A stretch of 53,971 nt of DNA from a virus. Its lineage: Duplodnaviria; Caudoviricetes. The notes under the pieces are model-generated. The model saw only the letters and a program-made list of their open reading frames with translations. It searched no databases and had not been told where the DNA came from. The DNA is taken from IMG/VR virus record IMGVR_UViG_3300032292_000484, positions 1 to 53,971 of that record; one strand, 5' to 3'. A program made the translations under genes and the position numbers. Below, in pieces: positions 9,068-16,848 of the stretch; the stretch's first letter is position 1, and the number at the start of each line of letters is the position of its first letter.

Positions 9068-10375
9068 ATGAATATAAATAAAGCACATTGGACGACCAAT
9101 GGCGACAACGTTCGCCTATCTATGCCTCTCACAAAAGTTGATGAAGGCCGTAGAATTGTTTCTGGTTTTGCATCTTTGGATAACCTAGATAAACAAGATG
9201 ACATTGTAACTACTGAAGCTTCAATGGATGCTTTTGCTAAGTTCCGTGGAAACATTCGTGAAATGCACCAACCATCAGCTGTTGGTAAAATGATTTCATT
9301 TAAAGAAGAAAAATACTTTGATCCAGAAACAAAAAAGTTTTATAAGGGCGTATTTGTTTCTGCTTACATTTCAAAGGGTGCACAAGATGCCTGGGAAAAG
9401 GTTCTAGACGGAACTTATACTGGTTTTTCTATTGGGGGACGAATGAATAAGTGGGATGACGGCTATGATGAAAAATCAGATAAACCAATTAGAATTATTA
9501 AGGAATATGATTTAGTAGAGTTGAGTCTTGTTGATTCCCCTGCTAATCAGTTTGCAAATATCATGTCAGTTGAAAAAGTTGACGGCGTAAATACAATTAC
9601 TGGATCTTCAGCAGACTTAGTTGTTGAAAATGTATTTTGGGACTCAGATTCTGGAATCGTTACAATATCTGAAAATGAAACTGAGCTAAGCCCAGTATCT
9701 GGTGAAGAAATGAAAAATATAGGATTTGTTGAAAAGAATGATTCAGAAAAAACCACAATGATAAAGTTCTTAGTTGATAGTGCAAAAGGCATTAGAACAA
9801 TTAAGATAGCAAAGGAGGATAATCCTATGACAGAAGAAACAACATCGTCTGTTGATGTGCTAGAAGCACCAGCAGCAGAAGTAGTTAATGAAGTTGAGGT
9901 TGCTCCAGAGGCTCCTGCTGAGGCAGTTGCAAAGTCACTAGAGGTTACAGAAGATACTGTAGCTGAAAAGTCAGATGCAGTTGTTGAAGAGGGTAGTGCT
10001 CCTTCTATTGAAGAAGTAACAGAGAAGAATGATGAAGCAATCGTTGAGGTTGCATCTGCAACAGCAGAAGTTGCTAAAGCAGTTTCTGAAATACAAAACT
10101 CTGTAACTAATGCCTTGAGCGATCTAGCAGCAACAGTAAAGGCTATGCAAGCCAATGTTGATGCAATCACAAAGTCTCTTGAATCCGTAACAAATGAAGT
10201 TAAGGAAGTTAAGGGAAACTTTAACGAGTTTGGAAAGACCGTAGATGCCGTAGTTGCAGATACCGCTTTCCGCAAGTCTGGCGATCTCGGCGAGATTGTA
10301 CAGGAATCACCTAAAGTGATTCAGAAATCCCTATGGGGCGGACGTTTCCTCAAAAATTCCGACCTATTTAACTAA
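9068..10375 (+). CDS. prohead protease with C-terminal scaffold region
   Basis: RIVSGFAS...DKQDDIV, REMH, GFSIGG (catalytic Ser), ELSLVDSPAN are HK97-family protease motifs; acidic, helical C-terminal half. Confidence 0.88.
   Translation: MNINKAHWTTNGDNVRLSMPLTKVDEGRRIVSGFASLDNLDKQDDIVTTEASMDAFAKFRGNIREMHQPSAVGKMISFKEEKYFDPETKKFYKGVFVSAYISKGAQDAWEKVLDGTYTGFSIGGRMNKWDDGYDEKSDKPIRIIKEYDLVELSLVDSPANQFANIMSVEKVDGVNTITGSSADLVVENVFWDSDSGIVTISENETELSPVSGEEMKNIGFVEKNDSEKTTMIKFLVDSAKGIRTIKIAKEDNPMTEETTSSVDVLEAPAAEVVNEVEVAPEAPAEAVAKSLEVTEDTVAEKSDAVVEEGSAPSIEEVTEKNDEAIVEVASATAEVAKAVSEIQNSVTNALSDLAATVKAMQANVDAITKSLESVTNEVKEVKGNFNEFGKTVDAVVADTAFRKSGDLGEIVQESPKVIQKSLWGGRFLKNSDLFN
9827..10375 (+). CDS. putative nested in-frame scaffolding protein (182 aa)
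   Basis: AAAGGAGG SD at 9811-9818, 8 nt before in-frame ATG (MTEETT...); product is acidic then coiled-coil. Confidence 0.6.
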   Translation: MTEETTSSVDVLEAPAAEVVNEVEVAPEAPAEAVAKSLEVTEDTVAEKSDAVVEEGSAPSIEEVTEKNDEAIVEVASATAEVAKAVSEIQNSVTNALSDLAATVKAMQANVDAITKSLESVTNEVKEVKGNFNEFGKTVDAVVADTAFRKSGDLGEIVQESPKVIQKSLWGGRFLKNSDLFN

Positions 10376-10401
10376 AACAAAATCACTAGGAGGTGAACAA
10401 T

Positions 10402-11529
10402 ATGTCAGAACAAAATAACACAGATATCCAAAAGTCTTTTAATCATCCAACAGGTGACGGCGTTGCAGTTTCAGGCGGCATCGGCGGTGCAGTAGCACGT
10501 GGACCACTTGGAAATCTTTCTCCAACAGATGTAATGGGTAACATTGCAACTGCAAACTTTGGAGATTTTTCTGGACCAAACGCAGTAAATCCATCTGGTA
10601 CACCAGGCGGTATTCTACTACCAGAGCAGGCTCGTCGCTTTATTGATTATGTATGGGATGCAACTGTACTAGCTCAAGATGGACGTAGAGTCACAATGCG
10701 TGCAAACACAATGGAACTTGAAAAGGTTAACGTTGGAGAGCGTGTCATCCGTGCAGCAGCACAGGCACAGCCTACATTCTCAAATGCAGGTGCAGTATTC
10801 TCTAAGGTTGAACTTACAACCAAGAAGATTCGTCTTGACTGGGAAGTTTCAACAGAAGCACTTGAAGATAATATTGAAGGCGGAGCATTGGAAGATCATC
10901 TAGTTCGCTTGATGACAAATGCATTTGCTAACGACATTGAAGACCTAGCCATTAATGGCGACGGTTCAACAGGCGATTTCCTTTCAATCATGCAAGGTTT
11001 CGTTTCAAAGGTTAAGGCAGCAGGCTCAGGCGCAAACGAGTCAGTTGTAACAGTTGCAAACAACGCATGGACAACAGACGTAATGCAGAATATTATTCTT
11101 GCAATGCCACGTAAGTACCGTGCAATCAAGTCTAACCTAAAGTTCTACGCAGGTACAGATGCATTCCAAGGAATCATCAAGAACAACGGTACACTTGCAG
11201 ACGCAGTTGCAGAAGCATTTGCTAACCGCCCAGCAGGTACACCAGCAAATCGTCAGGCATACCTTGATGGTACAGCTCAGACATTTGGTGGAGCACGTAC
11301 AACACGTGTTCTTGGTGTTGACGTCCAGGAAGTTCCATACTACCCAGCAGGCTATGTAGATCTTACATTCCCTTCAAACCGTGTATGGGGATTCCAGCGT
11401 GATATCACTGTAAACCGTACTTACCAGCCAAAGAAAGATACAATTGAATACACAGTATTCGTTCGTTTCGGTCTTCAATGGGAAGAGCTTGATGCAGTTG
11501 CTTACGCAGATGCAGCAGCAGACGCATAA
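10402..11529 (+). CDS. major capsid protein (HK97 fold)
   Basis: AGGAGGTG RBS; GGILLPEQARRFID, VELTTKKIRLDWEVSTEALEDNIEG, EDLAINGD; strongly biased codon usage; follows the protease. Confidence 0.9.
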   Translation: MSEQNNTDIQKSFNHPTGDGVAVSGGIGGAVARGPLGNLSPTDVMGNIATANFGDFSGPNAVNPSGTPGGILLPEQARRFIDYVWDATVLAQDGRRVTMRANTMELEKVNVGERVIRAAAQAQPTFSNAGAVFSKVELTTKKIRLDWEVSTEALEDNIEGGALEDHLVRLMTNAFANDIEDLAINGDGSTGDFLSIMQGFVSKVKAAGSGANESVVTVANNAWTTDVMQNIILAMPRKYRAIKSNLKFYAGTDAFQGIIKNNGTLADAVAEAFANRPAGTPANRQAYLDGTAQTFGGARTTRVLGVDVQEVPYYPAGYVDLTFPSNRVWGFQRDITVNRTYQPKKDTIEYTVFVRFGLQWEELDAVAYADAAADA

Positions 11530-11545
11530 TCATCACTGATTAACT

Positions 11546-11584
11546 TGACGAGGGAGACAGCGTAACAACTGTCTCCCTCAGTCA
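11546..11584 (+). terminator. strong hairpin after capsid gene (terminator or stabiliser)
   Basis: GAGGGAGACAG-8 nt-CTGTCTCCCTC 11-bp stem, extendable by TGAC/GTCA; no U-tract. Confidence 0.65.
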
Positions 11585-11589
11585 TATTG

Positions 11590-11598
11590 TGGTATAAT
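11590..11598 (+). promoter_or_regulatory. extended -10 promoter TGGTATAAT
   Basis: Consensus motif right after the capsid hairpin; GGAGG RBS before ATG 11640. Confidence 0.7.
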
Positions 11599-11639
11599 TT
11601 AGTAAAATGATTAAATTCATTTAATATTGGAGGAAAAAA

Positions 11640-11948
11640 ATGGAAGATTTAAACAAAATAGAAAGCGTGCCAGCAATTGACGCACTAGTCAAAGAGGCAC
11701 CCGCCGTTCAACCAGCAGCTGTTGAGCACAAGGCTCCAGCTCCAGAAGCTCCAAAGCCAACACCAGCAACACCTACTTCATCAGACTCAGTTGTACTATA
11801 TGCAACCAAAGACATTGTTACAGAATCTGGTGCTTCTATTTCACAGGGGTATTCAAGAGTAAGCAAAAAAGATGCAGAACAACTGCTTCAATACAGCAAG
11901 GTTCGTGTAGCAAGCACAGAAGAGATTGAAACATACTTTAGCAAGTAA
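11640..11948 (+). CDS. hypothetical head-associated protein, paralogue of the next gene's C-terminal domain
   Basis: Pro/Ala-rich linker then VVLY...GY..V.K..A.Q......VR.AS.EE motif. Confidence 0.6.
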   Translation: MEDLNKIESVPAIDALVKEAPAVQPAAVEHKAPAPEAPKPTPATPTSSDSVVLYATKDIVTESGASISQGYSRVSKKDAEQLLQYSKVRVASTEEIETYFSK

Positions 11949-11984
11949 TTCTTGTTTATTGTTTAATAGGTCAAGGGAGGACAT

Positions 11985-12320
11985 ATGTCTGTAGTTGAAG
12001 AGTTAAAAAACAAGACTGTCTTTGAGCTAAAGTCTTATGCAAAGCAAAACAATATTGATATTTTTGGTGTAAGCAAAAGAGTAGATATATTAGAAATTAT
12101 TTTAAACTTTATACCTAAAGAAACATCAGAGCCAGCAGCTAAACAGAAGCCCCAAGAAAAGGTTGCGGTTTATTCTGAAAGAAATCTTAACTGGGTTGGT
12201 GTGGGAGAATTAAAAATTGGATATAACATAGTTACTAAAGAGCAGGCTGATCAATGGATTTCTAATAGATCTGTTCGTGAGGCTAGCCCAGAAGAATTAA
12301 AGGGAGCATACGGTCAATAA
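11985..12320 (+). CDS. hypothetical protein with Rho-N/HeH-like N-terminus
   Basis: GGGAGG RBS; LKNKTVFELKSYAKQNNI...KRVDIL resembles a helix-extension-helix motif; C-terminus paralogous to 11640. Confidence 0.55.
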   Translation: MSVVEELKNKTVFELKSYAKQNNIDIFGVSKRVDILEIILNFIPKETSEPAAKQKPQEKVAVYSERNLNWVGVGELKIGYNIVTKEQADQWISNRSVREASPEELKGAYGQ

Positions 12321-13225
12321 TGGAAATTCTAAGACTGCCACCTTACCCAATTGTGACTACATGGGATGTACCATTAGCAACTACAAGTTACGTTATTTCT
12401 ATTGAAGACTTGGTTGATCATTCTGTAGATACAGTAACAGTGACATCCAATGCAAATAAAAAAATAACTTATACAATACCACAAAGCAAGTTAGAGTATG
12501 ATAGAAAGTTTTCATTTAGAATTAAAACCACGTCTGGAGTTCTTGTTGTAGATAGCAACTTAGACATTATTAGACCCTACGTAGATCCATCAAAACTTGG
12601 AACTACTGCATCAGAAATCGCAGAATACAAGATGCTTGAGCTTGTTGCAAGATCAATTATTGATTCACACATAGTTGATGGATTTTATAATGAAAAGCAT
12701 ATCGTTCAAACAGTAGGTCTTGGAACAGATCTTTTTCCAATATGGGAAGATATTAACAAGGTTTTAAAGGTTTATGAAAACAATGAACTTGTTTATGATG
12801 TTAATGATGCAACAGTAGGAGAATATAAGTATGTTGTTACACTAGATAACTCATCTGTTCAAAGAGTTGAGGTTGATCAATACAATAGATTTGAATCAAG
12901 ACCAGTTAGACTTCCAGTATCCCCTGGAAACCTAGCATTTTATGGCTATGCTGGAGCTGACTTTCCAGAAGGATTTGACTATGTGCTTGTTTTAGACATA
13001 GGCTATAAGGCAGTACCAGAAGACATTGAGTATGCAACAACGTTACTAATTGATGACCTTAAGTGTGGAAAACTTGACTACTACAAGAGATATGTAACAT
13101 CATACAACACAGATCAGTTTAAGATTCAGTTTGACAAGATGAGCTTTAACGGTACTGGAAATATGATAGTTGATAAAATTTTAGAAAAATATAAAAAGAG
13201 TATTACAAAGATTGGTATCATTTAA
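12320..13225 (+). CDS. head-to-tail adaptor
   Basis: Position; ELVARSIIDSH, IGYKAVPEDIEYAT..LI, TGNMIVDKILEKY resemble SPP1 gp15-like adaptors. Confidence 0.7.
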   Translation: MEILRLPPYPIVTTWDVPLATTSYVISIEDLVDHSVDTVTVTSNANKKITYTIPQSKLEYDRKFSFRIKTTSGVLVVDSNLDIIRPYVDPSKLGTTASEIAEYKMLELVARSIIDSHIVDGFYNEKHIVQTVGLGTDLFPIWEDINKVLKVYENNELVYDVNDATVGEYKYVVTLDNSSVQRVEVDQYNRFESRPVRLPVSPGNLAFYGYAGADFPEGFDYVLVLDIGYKAVPEDIEYATTLLIDDLKCGKLDYYKRYVTSYNTDQFKIQFDKMSFNGTGNMIVDKILEKYKKSITKIGII

Positions 13226-13671
13226 TGCTATGCGAATCAACAGACTTTGTATACCCATTACTTGCAGACGTTTACTATCCTATTGTTGAGCAAGGTGCTT
13301 ACGGAAACGTAAAAAAGCAATGGATTCTTGATAGGTCTGTAGCATGTAACTTTGGTCCAGTTGGTTTGGTTGGTAAAGAAGAAGTCAAGCCAAATGTAAA
13401 CATTACAAAAGAAAATATTTTAGTTGGAAGAGTAAGATCAGACTTAAGATTTGGTAAGGGCAACTCAAGAAATGCAGTAACAAATGTACTTGTTACAAAT
13501 ATAAGAACAACTCAAGAAGATTCTGTTTATATAGAAACATCTGGACCAAGAGATGGAAAGTCTACGATTTATGAAATTGCTACTACTGAGGCTATCGTTG
13601 GTCCTTTTGGTACAGTTGAGTATCATAAGGTAGTTCTAAGACGATCAGAGAATCAGGCAAGTGATTTATAA
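13225..13671 (+). CDS. head-to-tail stopper / head closure protein
   Basis: Position, size, beta-rich, GAYGNVKKQW motif; TAATG coupling. Confidence 0.6.
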   Translation: MLCESTDFVYPLLADVYYPIVEQGAYGNVKKQWILDRSVACNFGPVGLVGKEEVKPNVNITKENILVGRVRSDLRFGKGNSRNAVTNVLVTNIRTTQEDSVYIETSGPRDGKSTIYEIATTEAIVGPFGTVEYHKVVLRRSENQASDL

Positions 13672-14342
13672 TGAGAGTCATAATGAATGATAAGATGTTT
13701 AAGAAAGAAATGAAAAACATAATTGACTACTCTATTGGCTTTTTAGAGGGCGCACAAGTAGGAAAAGCACAATTTTTAAATAACATGGGTAAACTAACAA
13801 CTGAACTATTAGAAGCATATATAGACTCAAATGCCAGGGTAAATCCAAAAGCACTACACCATATATACGAATGGTATAAAGTGGGAAGTCCTGATGCACG
13901 TCTATACAACATAAACTACACTATAAGCAACCTTGGCCTTTCGTTTGTGTCAACCATGAAGCAATCAACATCAGTTAAAGATGGCTCATCAGTACCTTTT
14001 TATAACAAGGCTAAAATAATGGAAGAAGGAACTCCAGTAACCATCAAACCAAAGAAGGCAAGCGTCTTGGTTTTTGAAGATGGCGGAGATACAATCTTCA
14101 CTAAAGGCAAGGTTGTCGTAGCAAATCCTGGTGGAACTCAGGTTGAAGGATCTTTTGAAAAGATAGTTGATTCATTTTTTAATAGATACTTTACACAAGC
14201 ATTTTTAAAAACAAGCGGAGTGCAAGCATACCTGTCCAACCCAGTTGTCTACTCAAGAAATCTAAAAGCAGGAAAGTCATCTGGAAAATCAAAGGGTATG
14301 CAGGTAGGATACAGATGGATAGCGAATGCGGGGATTAAGTAA
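13671..14342 (+). CDS. neck / tail completion protein
   Basis: Synteny between stopper and terminator; KAKIMEEG resembles HK97 gp10-like proteins. Confidence 0.5.
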   Translation: MRVIMNDKMFKKEMKNIIDYSIGFLEGAQVGKAQFLNNMGKLTTELLEAYIDSNARVNPKALHHIYEWYKVGSPDARLYNINYTISNLGLSFVSTMKQSTSVKDGSSVPFYNKAKIMEEGTPVTIKPKKASVLVFEDGGDTIFTKGKVVVANPGGTQVEGSFEKIVDSFFNRYFTQAFLKTSGVQAYLSNPVVYSRNLKAGKSSGKSKGMQVGYRWIANAGIK

Positions 14343-14962
14343 TGGTATATGCACCAATAGTTTTAGGTTCAGCAAATATAGCAAACACACCAGTTCTTTG
14401 GATTAACAGATATTTACAAAGCCAAATATCTGGAATTTTTCAATCAGACAGTGGAGATACGTTTGCAAACTTTCCTTTCTTCCCATCATCTCCTTCTACT
14501 ATAGACGACTTGACAGAATACTTTGGTGTAAGCACACAGGGTGTTGCTGCAACTTGGGATAGACTAATAAAGATGAATCGTAAAGGTTTTCCCCATATAA
14601 AATGTGAGCAGCTACTTTATTATTTTTATGCAACAGGAGATGACCCAGTTGTCAAGATGGTAAAAATTCAAGAGGCAGTTCTTAGATTAATGGACCGATT
14701 TGATGAAACTGCAGAAGAGATAAATAACTGGTGCAGCAATAGAAGAATTACCCTAGACGATGGAACAATAGTAGACAACGCCTTCTACTTCCATAATTTC
14801 AAGGTATACCAGCTTGAGGAAACCAGAGACATCATAGACTTTGGTACAGCCCGTACATATGGTGGAAATAAGATCATTATTGACTTTGACTACCACCAGA
14901 TGCCTGATTTGACAGCTCACGACTGGCAGCCAGAGACCTTGGCTACCAAACTAGTAATTTAA
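14342..14962 (+). CDS. putative tail terminator
   Basis: Immediately upstream of the tail tube gene; synteny only. Confidence 0.5.
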   Translation: MVYAPIVLGSANIANTPVLWINRYLQSQISGIFQSDSGDTFANFPFFPSSPSTIDDLTEYFGVSTQGVAATWDRLIKMNRKGFPHIKCEQLLYYFYATGDDPVVKMVKIQEAVLRLMDRFDETAEEINNWCSNRRITLDDGTIVDNAFYFHNFKVYQLEETRDIIDFGTARTYGGNKIIIDFDYHQMPDLTAHDWQPETLATKLVI

Positions 14963-14967
14963 AACGC

Positions 14968-15005
14968 TGTTATAATTGACTTGAGGAAACACAACGCCGT
15001 ATAAT
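14968..15005 (+). promoter_or_regulatory. tandem promoters for tail tube gene
   Basis: TGTTATAAT (14968-14976) overlaps TTGACT (14976-14981), which is 18 bp from TATAAT (15000-15005). Confidence 0.6.
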
Positions 15006-15040
15006 TTAATATCTATATTTAAAGGAAAAGAGGTAACAAT

Positions 15041-15682
15041 ATGCCATATAGTCGTGGAACGTCCAACAATATCATTGTTGGCGCAGCTGCACTTTTTATT
15101 GCAGATACAACATTAACTCCATCAACACTAAAGCCGTTTGTTGGAACAGAGTCTTTTAAGACTACACTTACAACTACACTAAATGCTGCAGACTACACAA
15201 ACGTAGGCTACACCATGAATGGTCTTGAACTACAGTTCCAGCCAGATTTTGGTGAAGTTCAGGTAGATCAGGTTCTTGACGTTGCTAAGCTATACAAGCA
15301 GGGTATGCAGGTTAGCCTTGCAACTGCTTTTGCTGAAGCTACTCTAGAAAATCTTCTACTAGCACTTGCATCACCAGAATCAAAGCTCTCAGGAACAAAG
15401 TCAACATCTGCAGGACAGGTCTTGGACATGTCAGCAGGAGACATTGGCGATGTTGCACTAGAGCGTGGTATCGTTGCCGTGGGTCCAGGAACTGGAAACC
15501 CTGCAACAGCTGCAGTTACAGAACGTGTATACACAGCATACCGTGCACTCTCAATTGAGAATGTTACAGTAGCAGCAAAGCGTGATGAGGCTTCAATGTT
15601 TGAAGTATCATTCCGTCTACTACCAGAAGATACTTCTGGATCATACGGTAAGATCGTTGACCGTACATTTGCACCAGCTTAA
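15041..15682 (+). CDS. major tail (tube) protein
   Basis: NIIVGAA.LF, VGYTMNGLEL, EVQVDQ, AEATLENL, KRDEASMFEVSFRLLP are siphophage tube motifs; high-expression codon bias. Confidence 0.85.
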   Translation: MPYSRGTSNNIIVGAAALFIADTTLTPSTLKPFVGTESFKTTLTTTLNAADYTNVGYTMNGLELQFQPDFGEVQVDQVLDVAKLYKQGMQVSLATAFAEATLENLLLALASPESKLSGTKSTSAGQVLDMSAGDIGDVALERGIVAVGPGTGNPATAAVTERVYTAYRALSIENVTVAAKRDEASMFEVSFRLLPEDTSGSYGKIVDRTFAPA

Positions 15683-15704
15683 TAATAACTTAATAATACA
15701 ACCT

Positions 15705-15740
15705 GGCCCACTTCATAACGAGGTGGGCTTTGTTGTTTTT
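15705..15740 (+). terminator. intrinsic terminator after tail tube
   Basis: GGCCCACTTC-ATAAC-GAGGTGGGCT stem followed by TTGTTGTTTTT. Confidence 0.8.
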
Positions 15741-15741
15741 G

Positions 15742-15750
15742 TGGTAGACT
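15742..15750 (+). promoter_or_regulatory. weak extended -10 promoter TGGTAGACT (near-leaderless)
   Basis: Variant motif, 9-nt gap to ATG 15760, no SD. Confidence 0.5.
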
Positions 15751-15759
15751 TAGTAGACT

Positions 15760-16470
15760 ATGGCAACATCAATATATAAAACAAAAAACATCTATTTGTT
15801 TGACGGTACAGAAATAGAAATAATGCCTCTTAAGATTAAATATCTTAGAGAGTTTATGGATGTATTTAATAACATAAAAAAAGCATCAAATGATGATGAA
15901 TCAATGATGGTTTTATTAGAGTGTGCAAGAATTGCAATGAAACAGTACTATCCTAAAATATCTAAAAACATAGAAGACCTTGAAGACAACATAGACCTGC
16001 CAACAGTTAATGAAATTTTAGAAATTGCTGCAAACATAAAAATAGGTGAAGATTCAAAAGAAAGCATAAAAACTCAGGCCCAAAGCAGCGATGCTGGCCC
16101 ATCATGGGAAGATTTTGATTTAGCAAAGCTTGAATCAGAGGTGTTTTTGCTGGGTATATGGAAAGACTATAATGAACTAGAAACATCAATATCTTTATCT
16201 GAGCTATTAGCCATCATAGGAAGCAAAAGAGAATTAGACTATCAAGAAAAGAAATTTTTTGCAGCAATTCAAGGTGTTGATTTAGAAGGTGACTCTGAAA
16301 AGGGTCAAAAAGAATGGGAAGACATGAAGGCTAGAGTATTTAGCGGTGGAGCAACAAATGATAGTAATGACATACTATCATTGCAAGGACAAAATGCTCA
16401 AAGAGCAGGATTTGGAATTGGAATGGGTCTTGATTATGAAGACGCAAGAGACCCCTCTCTCATGGTATAA
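15760..16470 (+). CDS. tail assembly chaperone, long (GT-like) form encoded in one frame
   Basis: N-terminal ~100 aa align by eye with the next gene; about 130-aa extension; lies between tube and tape measure. Confidence 0.7.
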   Translation: MATSIYKTKNIYLFDGTEIEIMPLKIKYLREFMDVFNNIKKASNDDESMMVLLECARIAMKQYYPKISKNIEDLEDNIDLPTVNEILEIAANIKIGEDSKESIKTQAQSSDAGPSWEDFDLAKLESEVFLLGIWKDYNELETSISLSELLAIIGSKRELDYQEKKFFAAIQGVDLEGDSEKGQKEWEDMKARVFSGGATNDSNDILSLQGQNAQRAGFGIGMGLDYEDARDPSLMV

Positions 16471-16471
16471 T
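16463..16471 (+). promoter_or_regulatory. extended -10 promoter TGGTATAAT overlapping stop codon
   Basis: ATG GTA TAA T forms the consensus; AAGGGAGGG RBS precedes ATG 16499. Confidence 0.65.
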
Positions 16472-16498
16472 TAATCTAAACCTAAGGGAGGGATCAAT

Positions 16499-16822
16499 AT
16501 GGCAACAACTGTGCATGAAGCGCATAAAGTCACATTAATTGATGGTACAGAAATAACCTTAAGACCGCTTAAGATTTCACTTTTACGAAAGTTTATGAAA
16601 AAGTTTGAGGGTGTTGCAGCAGTAGTAGAAGATAACGATAAGTCAATCAACCTACTAATGGAGTGTGTACTAATCGCAATGGAGCAATATAAGCCAGAGT
16701 TAGCAGGAGACGTTGCTGCGCTTGAGGAAAATATTGACTTGCCTACAGTCTATGAGATTGTTGAAACAGCATCAGGCATTAAGCTTTCTGATGCAGCATC
16801 AATCTTTAATACTGAAGAATAA
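16499..16822 (+). CDS. tail assembly chaperone, short (G-like) form
   Basis: 107 aa, directly before the tape measure gene; DGTEI...PLKI..LR.FM, EENIDLPTVYEI. Confidence 0.75.
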   Translation: MATTVHEAHKVTLIDGTEITLRPLKISLLRKFMKKFEGVAAVVEDNDKSINLLMECVLIAMEQYKPELAGDVAALEENIDLPTVYEIVETASGIKLSDAASIFNTEE

Positions 16823-16848
16823 TATAACTAAATAAAGAGGTGTAGTGA

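Noticed and set aside
9547-10275. Long antisense ORFs (also 52006-52656, 3709-4173, 19137-19595)
   Set aside because: Expected from biased codon usage on the sense strand; no independent signals or motifs.
16780-16848. Programmed -1 frameshift at the end of the short chaperone gene
   Set aside because: No XXXYYYZ heptamer and no room for a T frame before the tape measure start.
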